Shown: positions 9,643-18,634 of the stretch, one piece after another
Layout of the letters: each line of letters opens with the position of its first letter
How positions within the stretch are numbered: position 1 is the first letter of the stretch
Source: Hyphococcus sp.
GTDB taxonomy: Bacteria; Pseudomonadota; Alphaproteobacteria; Caulobacterales; Parvularculaceae
Assembly: GCA_013002535.1 (NCBI GenBank)
Contig: JABDJK010000038.1
Coordinates: 27,804 to 91,803, forward strand
DNA length: 64,000 bases
Direction of reading: 5' to 3'
Notes under the pieces: model-generated
What the model was told of the DNA's origin: nothing
Database searches by the model: none
Seen by the model: only the letters and a program-made list of their open reading frames with translations
Position numbers and translations under genes: made by a program

Positions 9643-10224
9643 TTAAACGGCGCGCAGCATCCGTTTTGGTGTTGCCGCCTTTTTGTCATAAACGACGATG
9701 AATCCCCCAGGTGAATGTCGCATAACAATACCGCGTTGACGTCCGATATGGATCACCGATCCGACCGGCGGCTGACGTGACGCCTCTACTGCGACGCCGT
9801 CAACAGATTTGTCCATGATCTTGACGAATAATGAGGTCCCGTCCGAAAGACGGCAAACCGTGCGGCTGCGCATGTCGCGATGGCGCGGCGTGTTACGTCG
9901 ATCTTTTAGGCCGTCTGCGAAATTAGGATTAGCGAGCACCATAATTCGCTCAATCAGTTTGGTTCGGCGTCCCTTGGAAAGTCTGAATGAAACAGCAAAA
10001 CCGTCCGGGAAATTGCGAGCAACCGTTCCCTCTATGATATCAAGGCCGTCAATGGAAACGACAACGGCGTCGCCCTGGATGACATCGACGTCGACCATTA
10101 ACGCCATATCTCCCGGCGAAATATTTATAAGTTCTGCAGGAATTTCCTCGCCGGCGTTAATTGCAACTGTTGCTGGAAGCTTCAGGCTGACGCGCTGGAA
10201 CCGACGGTTTTCCTTATTGGACAT
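9643..10224 (-). CDS. Tandem PilZ-domain protein
   Basis: Two RxxxR motifs (RRFQR, RNTPRHR) with D/NxSxxG-like motifs (NISPG, DKSVDG). Confidence 0.85.
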   Translation of the reverse strand: MSNKENRRFQRVSLKLPATVAINAGEEIPAELINISPGDMALMVDVDVIQGDAVVVSIDGLDIIEGTVARNFPDGFAVSFRLSKGRRTKLIERIMVLANPNFADGLKDRRNTPRHRDMRSRTVCRLSDGTSLFVKIMDKSVDGVAVEASRQPPVGSVIHIGRQRGIVMRHSPGGFIVVYDKKAATPKRMLRAV

Positions 10225-10230
10225 GGTTAA
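10223..10230 (-). promoter_or_regulatory. TTAACCAT motif (CtrA-associated) overlapping the PilZ start codon
   Basis: ATGGTTAA on the + strand. Confidence 0.35.
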
Positions 10231-10377
10231 ATTCCCATATAAAGCGAAACTGCTCCTCGCTTTGCAATCTATAGGCCAGCGCTCAAACCTTTTCTAAGCG
10301 GTAATAGGAAATTTTAACCTTTGCATTTGCCTTTTCGTTGCTGCGAACCGGTATTTGCAAGGATAGCGGGCCTTTGT

Positions 10378-10385
10378 ATGGTTAA
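10378..10385 (-). promoter_or_regulatory. Second TTAACCAT motif upstream of the PilZ gene
   Basis: ATGGTTAA on the + strand. Confidence 0.4.
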
Positions 10386-10426
10386 TTGGGGCGCGATTCA
10401 GGAAGTCGCAAAAAGGTGCGGAAACA

Positions 10427-12538
10427 ATGATCAAGAAAATTGCGGGCGCTGCGATTGCAGCGGGCTTAATGGCGACATCGACAATGGCTGAAGACGACCC
10501 TTATCTCTGGCTGGAGGAAGTTGAAGGCGAAGAGGCCTTGGCCTGGGTCCATGAGCAGAATGAAAATTCGCTCGCTCCGCTAACAAATGATCCGCGATTC
10601 GCCGAATTAGAGCGTGAAGCGCTATCGGTATTGACGTCCAAGGCGCGCCTTGCGACCGGGCAAATCCATAACGGCGCCGTTTACAATTTCTGGCAGGACG
10701 ATGTCGCGGTTCGCGGCGTATGGCGCCGGGCAAGCGTTGACTCTTATCGCAAGGGCAAGCCTGATTGGGAAACGCTTATTGATTTTGATCAGCTTGCAAA
10801 AGATGAAGACCGCAACTGGGTTCGTGGAAGCACCGTTTGTCTGTCCCCGGAATATCGTCACTGCATGGTTGAATTATCTGACGGCGGAAAGGATGCTGGA
10901 TACTGGCGCGAATTTGACACCCAAACCACAGAGTTTGTTGAAGGTGGGTTTCAACTTCCAGAGGCCAAAGTCTACTTAGCATGGGTTGATGAAGACACTC
11001 TTTTTGTTGGCACCGATTTCGGTGAAGGCTCATTAACGACATCGGGCTATCCGCGCGAGGTGCGGCGCTGGAAACGCGGTGAAAACCTGGCGGATGCTCC
11101 AGTGGTTATGACCGTCGGCGTTGACGACGTCTGGGCGTTTCCGATTGTTCACCGCGATGGCGATAATACTCATGAGATGATACTACGGGGTCCGTCATTC
11201 TTTGAACGCGAATATAATTATGTGAATGACGATGGCTCGCTGACTGTTTTGCCAACGCCGCTCAATGCTGATCTGCAGGGTATTCTTGACGGTCAGGCGA
11301 TATTCCTTTTGCGCGAAGATTGGGAATATCAAGACGAGAAATACAAGCAGGGCACGGTCGTTGCGTATCGCTTTGACACTGGTGACGCGGAGATAGTGAT
11401 GACCGCTGCAGAAAATCAGTCGATTGAAGCGGTCTCCACCGGCAAGTCAAACATTATTGTTGAGTACCTTGAAGATGTTGTCGGTAAGGCGGCGCGCTTA
11501 ACGCGATCGAAAAGCGGCAAGTGGAAAACGAAGGAAATCAAGCTTCCCGATAACGGCGTCGTCGCCGTTGTTTCCGCCGGCGGCGGCACTGACGATGCTA
11601 TGCTTTCTTTTGAGAGCCTGACAACGCCGGAAACGCTGTTTTATATCACCGCGAAAAATAAAGTTGAAAAAATTGCGGGAACGCCAGCTTTCTACGATGC
11701 GGCCGGCGTTGTCGTTGAGCAGCGATTTACAACGTCATCGGACGGAACTGAGATCCCGTATTTCATCATGGCGCAAGACAGCGTCTTGAAAGGCGGCAAT
11801 GCGCCAACCGTACAATACGGGTATGGCGGTTTTTTGGCGCCAATTGTTCCATATTATTATGAAGACCCCTCGCGGCCGCAGCATGGCGCCCTCGCAGGCC
11901 TTATGTGGGTCAAGCGCGGCGGCGTTCTAGTGCTGTCCAATATCCGCGGCGGTTCGGAATACGGTCCGCGCTGGCATGAAGCGGCGCTCAAGGAAAATCG
12001 CCAGCTTGCGTTTGACGACTTCATCGCCATTGGCGAGCATCTGGTCGAGACCGGCGTCACCAGTCCCGAAAAACTCGGCGCCATCGGCCGCTCCAATGGC
12101 GGTTTGCTGATGGGGGCGATGCTAACCCAGCGGCCTGATCTTTATGCGGCTCTCGATATTGGCGTTCCGCTCTTCGACATGAAGCGCTACAACAAGCTTC
12201 TCGCCGGCGCGTCATGGATGGGCGAATACGGCAATCCCGATATTGAAGAAGAATGGGCGTATATTTCTGAATATTCGCCTTATCAAAAACTCGAAGCGGA
12301 CAAGGGCTATCCGAAAGTTTTATTTTATACGTCGACTAAAGATGATCGTGTTCATCCGGGGCATGCGCGTAAGGCTGCGGCAAAGCTTGCCGATCTCGGC
12401 TACAACTACTTCTATTACGAGAACACTGAAGGCGGCCATGGCGGCACCGCCAATCAGGAGCAGCTGGCTTACCGCACGGCGCTTGAATATATGTATTTCG
12501 TGCACATGTTGATGGGCGGGCAACAGGGAGAGGGCTGA
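10427..12538 (+). CDS. Prolyl oligopeptidase family S9 serine peptidase, secreted
   Basis: DDPYLWLEEV, nucleophile motif GRSNGG, DDRVHP, GGHG. Confidence 0.93.
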   Translation: MIKKIAGAAIAAGLMATSTMAEDDPYLWLEEVEGEEALAWVHEQNENSLAPLTNDPRFAELEREALSVLTSKARLATGQIHNGAVYNFWQDDVAVRGVWRRASVDSYRKGKPDWETLIDFDQLAKDEDRNWVRGSTVCLSPEYRHCMVELSDGGKDAGYWREFDTQTTEFVEGGFQLPEAKVYLAWVDEDTLFVGTDFGEGSLTTSGYPREVRRWKRGENLADAPVVMTVGVDDVWAFPIVHRDGDNTHEMILRGPSFFEREYNYVNDDGSLTVLPTPLNADLQGILDGQAIFLLREDWEYQDEKYKQGTVVAYRFDTGDAEIVMTAAENQSIEAVSTGKSNIIVEYLEDVVGKAARLTRSKSGKWKTKEIKLPDNGVVAVVSAGGGTDDAMLSFESLTTPETLFYITAKNKVEKIAGTPAFYDAAGVVVEQRFTTSSDGTEIPYFIMAQDSVLKGGNAPTVQYGYGGFLAPIVPYYYEDPSRPQHGALAGLMWVKRGGVLVLSNIRGGSEYGPRWHEAALKENRQLAFDDFIAIGEHLVETGVTSPEKLGAIGRSNGGLLMGAMLTQRPDLYAALDIGVPLFDMKRYNKLLAGASWMGEYGNPDIEEEWAYISEYSPYQKLEADKGYPKVLFYTSTKDDRVHPGHARKAAAKLADLGYNYFYYENTEGGHGGTANQEQLAYRTALEYMYFVHMLMGGQQGEG

Positions 12539-12588
12539 TCGCCGATATTCACGCAACCGTACTGAACCGCGCTTGGCGCAACGTTGAC

Positions 12589-12939
12589 TTGAAACTGTCG
12601 ATAGACGGCGAATTACACATCTTGCGCTGGCGGCGCGGCTGGTTTGTCGATGAGGTGCTCTTCGATGATCGTCGCGTTGCGACATCGCAAGGGCTCTTTG
12701 CGCGGGAGGCATTTTTCGGTTTCGATATCAATACGGGAGCCGGCGGATCAACCAAGATGGTCCTCCTCATTGACGCTAATATGGCGTGGGATGAATGGAC
12801 CGGCGAAATGCGCCCGCCGGGTGTTCGCCTCGAAACCGCAGCGGAGACCCTGATTGCCGCGGGATCGTTTGACACCGAGCGGCCTTCCACATTCCGCGAT
12901 CTCTATGACCGTGCAGTGAAATCCCTCGGCCTTTCATAA
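12589..12939 (+). CDS. Hypothetical protein
   Basis: 116-aa ORF fills the gap between two co-oriented genes; protein-like composition. Confidence 0.6.
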   Translation: MKLSIDGELHILRWRRGWFVDEVLFDDRRVATSQGLFAREAFFGFDINTGAGGSTKMVLLIDANMAWDEWTGEMRPPGVRLETAAETLIAAGSFDTERPSTFRDLYDRAVKSLGLS

Positions 12940-13002
12940 GCGCGCCAAACCCGGTAGGTTCCGCCGTCACTGACGGAGGCGGCGGATCAAGGGAGCGCAG
13001 CG

Positions 13003-14421
13003 ATGGCTTGGTGGTTTGAAATCAAACTTTGGAAGCGGGTGATGCTTGGCCTCGTGCTGGGCGTTGTATTCGGTCTTGCCGTTACCCAATCCATGGGCAT
13101 GGAACGCGGTGAAGCGCTTCTCAGCGATATCAAGGTCATTGGTGATCTGTTTATCGGGCTCATTCGCCTCGTCATCATTCCGCTGATCTTTATGACCCTT
13201 GTCGCTGGCGTTTTGGCGCTTGGCGACCCAGCAAAACTCGGCACCATCGGGATCAAGACGATCCTGCTCTATTTGGTAACGACGTTTTTCGCGAATATCA
13301 TTGGCCTCACTATGGGGACGCTATTCCGTCCCGGCGCGGGTGTTGACCTTGGGACGGCGGAGCCGCGCGAGATCACGGCGGAAGCCGCCGGTTTCTGGGA
13401 TCGCGTAATGGGAATGATTTCGAAGAATCCGTTTGAAAAATTTCTTTCCGGCGATCCCATGACGTTGGGCCTTACCGCGGTCCTTATCGGCATAGCCGTC
13501 ATCGTCGCAATCCGTTCCCTCAACAAGGGCGAGAAATTACCGCGCGCCGCGTGGGGGTTCGTCGGTCTCTTCACCGTGGGCGTTATGGCGGCGTCCGGCG
13601 ATATTCTCGTTGTGATTTTCGCATCGATCATTCTTGGAATCATCTTCTTGTTCATTGGTCAGGAAGACGGACCGGTGGACCGCTTTTTCAACTACGCGTC
13701 TGATAAAGTCTTGGGCGTCACCCAATGGATCATGGAGCTTGCGCCTTTCGGCGTCTTCGCGCTCATCGCCTATGTCGCCGGCACCAAGGGCATTGAGACA
13801 TTCACGGCGATATTCTGGTTGGTGATGGCGGTTTATCTCGGTTGTTTCCTGCACATGGCGGTAATCTATGGCGGCATCATCAAGTTCGGCCTACGCCTGC
13901 CGCTGATCAACTTCTTCCGCGGCATTCTGGATGCGCAGATGGTCGCCTATTCAACTTCGTCTTCGTCAGCGACGTTGCCGGTGACGATTTCAAACGTGCG
14001 CGAAAATCTTGGCGTTCATAAGTCGGTGGCGGGATCGGTGCTTCCTCTTGGGGCAACCATCAATATGGACGGGACAGCGCTCTATCTCGGCATCGTCGCG
14101 CTCTTCACTGCGCAAGCGTTCGGTTACACGCTGGAGCCGCATCACTACGGACTTATCGCCGTGACGGCGGCGCTCGTTTCCATCGGCGCAGCAGGCATTC
14201 CCTCGGCGTCGCTCTTTTTGCTGGCAACCGTGCTCCAGGTCTTCGATGTCTCACCGGAGCATACCGCGCTCGTCGTCGGCTTTATCTTCCCGTTTGACCG
14301 CCTCCTCGACATGATGCGCACCGTCGTCAATGTCACTGGCGACGCCACCGTCGCGACGACCGTTGCAAAATGGGAAGGCGAGCTTGACGAGGACATTTTC
14401 AGGACAACCGCGACGCAGTAA
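13003..14421 (+). CDS. Dicarboxylate/amino acid:cation symporter (DAACS/SLC1 family)
   Basis: AYSTSSSSATLPV, LGATINMDGTALY, DRLLDMMRTVVNVTGD. Confidence 0.93.
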   Translation: MAWWFEIKLWKRVMLGLVLGVVFGLAVTQSMGMERGEALLSDIKVIGDLFIGLIRLVIIPLIFMTLVAGVLALGDPAKLGTIGIKTILLYLVTTFFANIIGLTMGTLFRPGAGVDLGTAEPREITAEAAGFWDRVMGMISKNPFEKFLSGDPMTLGLTAVLIGIAVIVAIRSLNKGEKLPRAAWGFVGLFTVGVMAASGDILVVIFASIILGIIFLFIGQEDGPVDRFFNYASDKVLGVTQWIMELAPFGVFALIAYVAGTKGIETFTAIFWLVMAVYLGCFLHMAVIYGGIIKFGLRLPLINFFRGILDAQMVAYSTSSSSATLPVTISNVRENLGVHKSVAGSVLPLGATINMDGTALYLGIVALFTAQAFGYTLEPHHYGLIAVTAALVSIGAAGIPSASLFLLATVLQVFDVSPEHTALVVGFIFPFDRLLDMMRTVVNVTGDATVATTVAKWEGELDEDIFRTTATQ

Positions 14422-14436
14422 AGAATTCGCCGGACA

Positions 14437-15009
14437 GTGAACAACGTAAAGCCAATTCGCCATGCCCTCCGGCTAAGCCGGCATCAGTTTGCCCAGCGCA
14501 TCGGTATTTATCCGGAATATATCGTTACACTTGAAGCCGGCACGCGGCCGCTTACGCCAATTTGGACTGAGGCGATCTCTAAAGCGTTTGGTTATTCAAC
14601 CGATGATATTACAAATCCGGTATTTATCGCATCTCACGAATGCGAACATCCATTGCCGCCAAAGCGCGACTACGCCAGCCCGATTGCAATTCGATACGCC
14701 ATTCTAGCGCTCATGGCAGAATGCGCCGGTCTCAATCACACGCTGGAGCTCGACGAAGATCAAATTGCCGACGCGGTTTTGAGTTTCAATGCGTTCATCG
14801 CGGATAGTGCGGGGGCGCCGGGGGCCGAAGACAAAAAAATCAATCGTCTTTTGAAAGGTCTTCAAATAACCGTTTTAGCAATCTTTCAATCTTGCGAGAC
14901 CGACCTTCCTTCAGATTTTGAGGAGAAAATGAACCAGGCGCTGGCGCCGCTTGCGCGCCTTGTTGCGACTTTTCCTGTGGCAAGCGATTGCGTCCTGGAA
15001 ACGCAATAA
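14437..15009 (+). CDS. XRE-family helix-turn-helix regulator with an unknown C-terminal domain
   Basis: N-terminal IRHALRLSRHQFAQRIGIYPEYIVTLEAGTRP...AISKAFG HTH pattern. Confidence 0.72.
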   Translation: MNNVKPIRHALRLSRHQFAQRIGIYPEYIVTLEAGTRPLTPIWTEAISKAFGYSTDDITNPVFIASHECEHPLPPKRDYASPIAIRYAILALMAECAGLNHTLELDEDQIADAVLSFNAFIADSAGAPGAEDKKINRLLKGLQITVLAIFQSCETDLPSDFEEKMNQALAPLARLVATFPVASDCVLETQ

Positions 15010-15091
15010 CGTTATTTCGCTTCCGAACCGGAAACGCTTCCAACAAACGTTTACGCAACGCTTCGGCTCGTTCTTTTTCGTGTTCTCCCAC
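14840..15091 (-). CDS. Possible small protein overlapping the XRE gene antisense
   Basis: 83-aa ORF, GTG start with GGGAG just upstream, charged helical composition, NVIAFPG motif; overlaps the XRE gene by about 170 nt. Confidence 0.35.
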   Translation of the reverse strand: MGEHEKERAEALRKRLLEAFPVRKRNNVIAFPGRNRLPQEKSQQGAQAAPAPGSFSPQNLKEGRSRKIERLLKRLFEDLSKDD

Positions 15092-15181
15092 GCGCTCCCC
15101 GCTCGTGATAATTGTCTGCTCAGCCTCTTACAAACTCCTATTGCATCCTTGCCATAGCGGCAAGCGTTAGAAGTTAGTTTG

Positions 15182-15197
15182 TTAACCAAACCCTAAC
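15182..15197 (+). promoter_or_regulatory. CtrA-box-like site
   Basis: TTAA-CCAAACC-CTAAC, one mismatch to TTAA-N7-TTAAC, in an intergenic region. Confidence 0.35.
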
Positions 15198-15276
15198 ACC
15201 GAATTTACGTTTCGTTATCCTCTATCCGATCTCCTGCGGCGTCCGCCGATGCGCGGTTGGGCACAAGGAGGTCACT

Positions 15277-15675
15277 ATGAAAAAGCGGGATCTGCGTTCG
15301 GAACAAGCAAAATTGTTGCGATTCGAAAAGCTCATTGAACAATCGTGCCGTGAAAAAGTCAGCGGCAAACCGTTAAACAAGGCGGCGATTCTCACCGGTT
15401 TGCCGCTTGTCGCCGCCGCCGCTGCGAGCGCCAGCGCAAAACTTGGCGCTGAGGCGCCAATGCAATATTTTGCGGAAACAACGGCCGCAGCCACAGCATC
15501 CGGCCTTTCCGACGAGGCTTGGCTTATCCAGCTTGCCGAGGTCGTTTCAACAGGTCACAATGTGATTGAACAGCTCGCTGAACGCGGCGCATTCTTGCTG
15601 TTTCAGGCGAACGGAACGCCCAAAGATCCGCCGCAGGAGATAGTACGATCACTCCTGAGCAATGGATTGTTGTAA
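15277..15675 (+). CDS. Hypothetical protein
   Basis: Strong AAGGAGG RBS; 132-aa helical Ala-rich ORF. Confidence 0.75.
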   Translation: MKKRDLRSEQAKLLRFEKLIEQSCREKVSGKPLNKAAILTGLPLVAAAAASASAKLGAEAPMQYFAETTAAATASGLSDEAWLIQLAEVVSTGHNVIEQLAERGAFLLFQANGTPKDPPQEIVRSLLSNGLL

Positions 15676-15704
15676 CCCGTTTCGGGGTCTTCCTTTTCAT
15701 TGGG

Positions 15705-16163
15705 GTGGGCCTTTGCTGGCTATCGCGTTCACGTAACCTTCAATTGGCGGCAATCCTTATCGCCGCCAGTTGGGTGATTGCGAATATTCTATTTTACTTT
15801 TTCGGAAATGCGGCGGTCAATTTTATCGCGCCGGTTCAGGCCGTCATCCTCGCAATATTTTTCTTTCTGGCGCGTTCAAAAAGTTTGAATGGGGCCTTCA
15901 TTCACCGCGTATTTTTCATATTCTATTCGCTCTATTTCGCCATCAACAGCTGGCATTTGACAGGGCGAATTTTCTTTCCGCAAACGCTTGTCGCCAATTA
16001 CTGGTTTTCCCTTGCTGCCTCGAATGGCGTCTTTGTTCTAATGGTGGTGACGCTATGGTTTCTGGCGATATTGAAGTTTTTCGACAACTATGCCGATGGT
16101 GGTTTGATGGGCGTCTATGAACGCAACATCGGGGCCTGGCGGCGCTGGTTCGGCGGCGGGTGA
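15705..16163 (+). CDS. Hypothetical integral membrane protein (about 4 TM)
   Basis: Several long hydrophobic, Phe-rich segments; 29 nt after the preceding ORF. Confidence 0.7.
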   Translation: MGLCWLSRSRNLQLAAILIAASWVIANILFYFFGNAAVNFIAPVQAVILAIFFFLARSKSLNGAFIHRVFFIFYSLYFAINSWHLTGRIFFPQTLVANYWFSLAASNGVFVLMVVTLWFLAILKFFDNYADGGLMGVYERNIGAWRRWFGGG

Positions 16164-16290
16164 CTTTGTCAGCTTGCCAAAGCGGCTTTAAACCCCTATA
16201 TCGCCCCCGGATTTTCGGGATTTGACGCAATTCCCGCGTCTGCCGGCACGACCCCCTATATAGCCATGTAGGGCTGGGGCCGGGGATGCA

Positions 16291-16319
16291 CCTCCGCCGG
16301 AGTAATGCTCTCGCGGGGG
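16291..16319 (+). ncRNA. Possible ffh-leader RNA hairpin
   Basis: CCTCCGCCGGAG-TAATG-CTCTCGCGGGGG can fold as a stem-loop just upstream of the ffh RBS. Confidence 0.25.
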
Positions 16320-16348
16320 CGATCTGCGTTTGTTCCTGAAGCGAAAGG

Positions 16349-17896
16349 ATGACGATGTTTGAAAGTCTATCAGACCGGTTAGGCTCGATCTTTGAAAACC
16401 TGAGGGGCAAAGGGGCCCTTGAGGAGAAAGACGTCAATGAGGCGCTGCGCGAGGTGCGCATTGCACTCCTTGAGGCTGATGTCGCCCTGCCGGTCGCCAA
16501 GACATTTATCAACAAAGTCAAAGAACGCGCTGTCGGCGCCGAAGTCCTGCGCTCGGTGACACCCGGCCAGCAGGTCATCAAGATCGTCCATGACGCTCTC
16601 GCCGAGATGCTCGGCGGCGGCGAAGGCGAGGAAAACGCCGGCGCACTTTCTTTCGCGACAACGCCTCCGGCCGTCATCATGATGGTCGGCCTTCAAGGGT
16701 CCGGTAAAACAACATCGACAGCGAAGATCGCACTGCGCCTTCAAAAGCGCGACAAGAAACGCGTCCTGATGGCGTCGTTAGACACGCGCCGCCCTGCGGC
16801 GATGGAACAGCTCGCTATTCTGGGTGAGCAGGCGGAAGTCAAAACGCTCCCCATCATTGAAGGTCAGTCGCCGCGCGATATTGCGAACCGCGCCGTTGAA
16901 GCCGGAAAGCTCGGCGGATATGACGTTGTCATGCTCGACACCGCGGGCCGACTTTCCATTGATGAACAGTTGATGAGCGAAGTCGCGGATATTGCCTCGG
17001 CGACGAACCCGATTGAGACGCTGCTTGTTGTTGACTCGCTTACGGGTCAGGACGCCGTTGAAACAGCGACGCGCTTTAAAGAGCGCACCGCGATCACTGG
17101 CGTCGTCATGACACGGATCGACGGCGACGCCCGCGGCGGCGCCGCGCTTTCCATGCGGGCGGTTACCGGCGCGCCGATCAAGTTCGTCGGTGTTGGCGAA
17201 AAAATTGACGCCCTCGACACGTTTGAACCGGAACGCATGGCGGGCCGCATTCTCGGCATGGGCGACATTGTTTCGCTGGTCGAAAAAGCGTCGGAAGAAA
17301 TGGACATCGCCAAGGCCAAGAAACAGGCCAAGAAAATGGCGAAGGGCGAGTTCGACATGGACGACCTCGCCGACCAGTTCAAACAAATGCGCAATATGGG
17401 CGGCATGGGTGCGATCCTCGGCATGATGCCGGGCATGGGCAAAATGAAAAAGATGGTCGATCAGGCCGGCGGTCTCGACGACCGCGAAATCGTGCGTCAG
17501 GAAGCGATCATCTCGTCGATGACGAAGAAGGAACGCAAGACCCCGAAAGTATTAAACGCTTCGCGCAAAAAGCGCATCGCTAAAGGGTCCGGCACCAGCG
17601 TTCAGGAAATCAACAAGCTGATCAAGGCCCACCGCCAGATGGCCGACATGATGAAGAAGATGGGCAAAGGCGGCATGAAGGGGATGGCGCAACAGCTTGC
17701 CGGCATGGGCGGCGCGGGCGGTCTCGGCGGCATGCTTGGCGGCGCGCCCGACCCGGCGCTGGTCGAGGGTGCGGGCGGTAAGGGCAACAAAGGTCAGCAG
17801 ACAGAAGATATCGATTTTGACGCAATCGAAAAGGCGCTGTCCGGTCAGGCGCCAATGCCGCCGGGGATGCTGCCGGGAATGGGGAAGAAGAAATGA
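16349..17896 (+). CDS. ffh: Signal recognition particle protein Ffh
   Basis: MFESLSDRL, GLQGSGKTT, DTAGR, DGDARGGAALS, RILGMGD, and the Met-rich M domain. Confidence 0.98.
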   Translation: MTMFESLSDRLGSIFENLRGKGALEEKDVNEALREVRIALLEADVALPVAKTFINKVKERAVGAEVLRSVTPGQQVIKIVHDALAEMLGGGEGEENAGALSFATTPPAVIMMVGLQGSGKTTSTAKIALRLQKRDKKRVLMASLDTRRPAAMEQLAILGEQAEVKTLPIIEGQSPRDIANRAVEAGKLGGYDVVMLDTAGRLSIDEQLMSEVADIASATNPIETLLVVDSLTGQDAVETATRFKERTAITGVVMTRIDGDARGGAALSMRAVTGAPIKFVGVGEKIDALDTFEPERMAGRILGMGDIVSLVEKASEEMDIAKAKKQAKKMAKGEFDMDDLADQFKQMRNMGGMGAILGMMPGMGKMKKMVDQAGGLDDREIVRQEAIISSMTKKERKTPKVLNASRKKRIAKGSGTSVQEINKLIKAHRQMADMMKKMGKGGMKGMAQQLAGMGGAGGLGGMLGGAPDPALVEGAGGKGNKGQQTEDIDFDAIEKALSGQAPMPPGMLPGMGKKK

Positions 17897-18096
17897 TGGA
17901 CGACGACATTAGAAAGTACTGGGAAGACGCGGCATCAAAAAAAGTACAGAGTTTTATGCGAAACATCGAAGTGGTGAAACAGCAAGGCCGTCAATTTGAA
18001 AAAGCATTGCGGACCGAGGATGCGCGAATTGTAGATCTCTTAGTAGCGTTGCGCCCGGAACGCCGAAATCGAATTTATATTTCGGAGGTGAGATGA
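17893..18096 (+). CDS. Small hypothetical protein between ffh and rpsP
   Basis: ATGA overlap with the ffh stop codon; 67 aa. Confidence 0.55.
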   Translation: MMDDDIRKYWEDAASKKVQSFMRNIEVVKQQGRQFEKALRTEDARIVDLLVALRPERRNRIYISEVR

Positions 18097-18178
18097 CCCG
18101 GCCGGGCAGATTTCATAGAACTCGCTAAAAATCAAAAACCAACATCGAAAAACCATTTAAAATTAGAAGGAAAGAACC

Positions 18179-18619
18179 ATGTCACTTAAAATCAGGCTTG
18201 CCCGAGGCGGCGCAAAAAAACGTCCTTATTACAATATCGTTGTCGCTGACAGCCGTATGCCGCGGGACGGACGCTTCATCGAAAAGATTGGACATTACAA
18301 CCCGCTCCTGAAGAAAGACGACGAGAACCGCGTCAAGTATGACGCCGATCGCGTCAAGCACTGGATCGGCGTTGGCGCCAAGCCAACCGATCGCGTTGCG
18401 CGCTTTTTATCCGTAAACGGATTATATGAGTGGAAAGCCAGCAACAACCCGCAAAAAGCGGCGCCTGGCGAAAAAGCTCAAGAGCGCGAGCAGGAAAAGA
18501 AAGACAAAGCTGAAGCCGCAAAGGCCGCTTTAGAAGAAGCCAAAGCGGCGCCGGCGGAAGACGAAGCGCCAGCTGAAGAGGCCGCCGCAGAAGAAGCTGC
18601 CGAAGAAAAGGTTGAGTAG
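18179..18619 (+). CDS. rpsP: 30S ribosomal protein S16
   Basis: [39 protein letters not shown]. Confidence 0.98.
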   Translation: MSLKIRLARGGAKKRPYYNIVVADSRMPRDGRFIEKIGHYNPLLKKDDENRVKYDADRVKHWIGVGAKPTDRVARFLSVNGLYEWKASNNPQKAAPGEKAQEREQEKKDKAEAAKAALEEAKAAPAEDEAPAEEAAAEEAAEEKVE

Positions 18620-18634
18620 CCTTTGCTAACTGGT

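Noticed and set aside
14437-16163. Prophage
   Set aside because: No integrase, att repeats, or structural or replication genes; kept only as an unknown islet.
15943-16680. 245-aa minus-strand ORF
   Set aside because: Antisense shadow of ffh and the membrane-protein gene with non-protein-like composition.
17640-17896. Gly/Met-rich C-terminal extension of Ffh
   Set aside because: Such low-complexity tails are usual for alphaproteobacterial Ffh.
18440-18619. Long Ala/Glu/Lys-rich tail of S16
   Set aside because: A common lineage feature, not a fusion.
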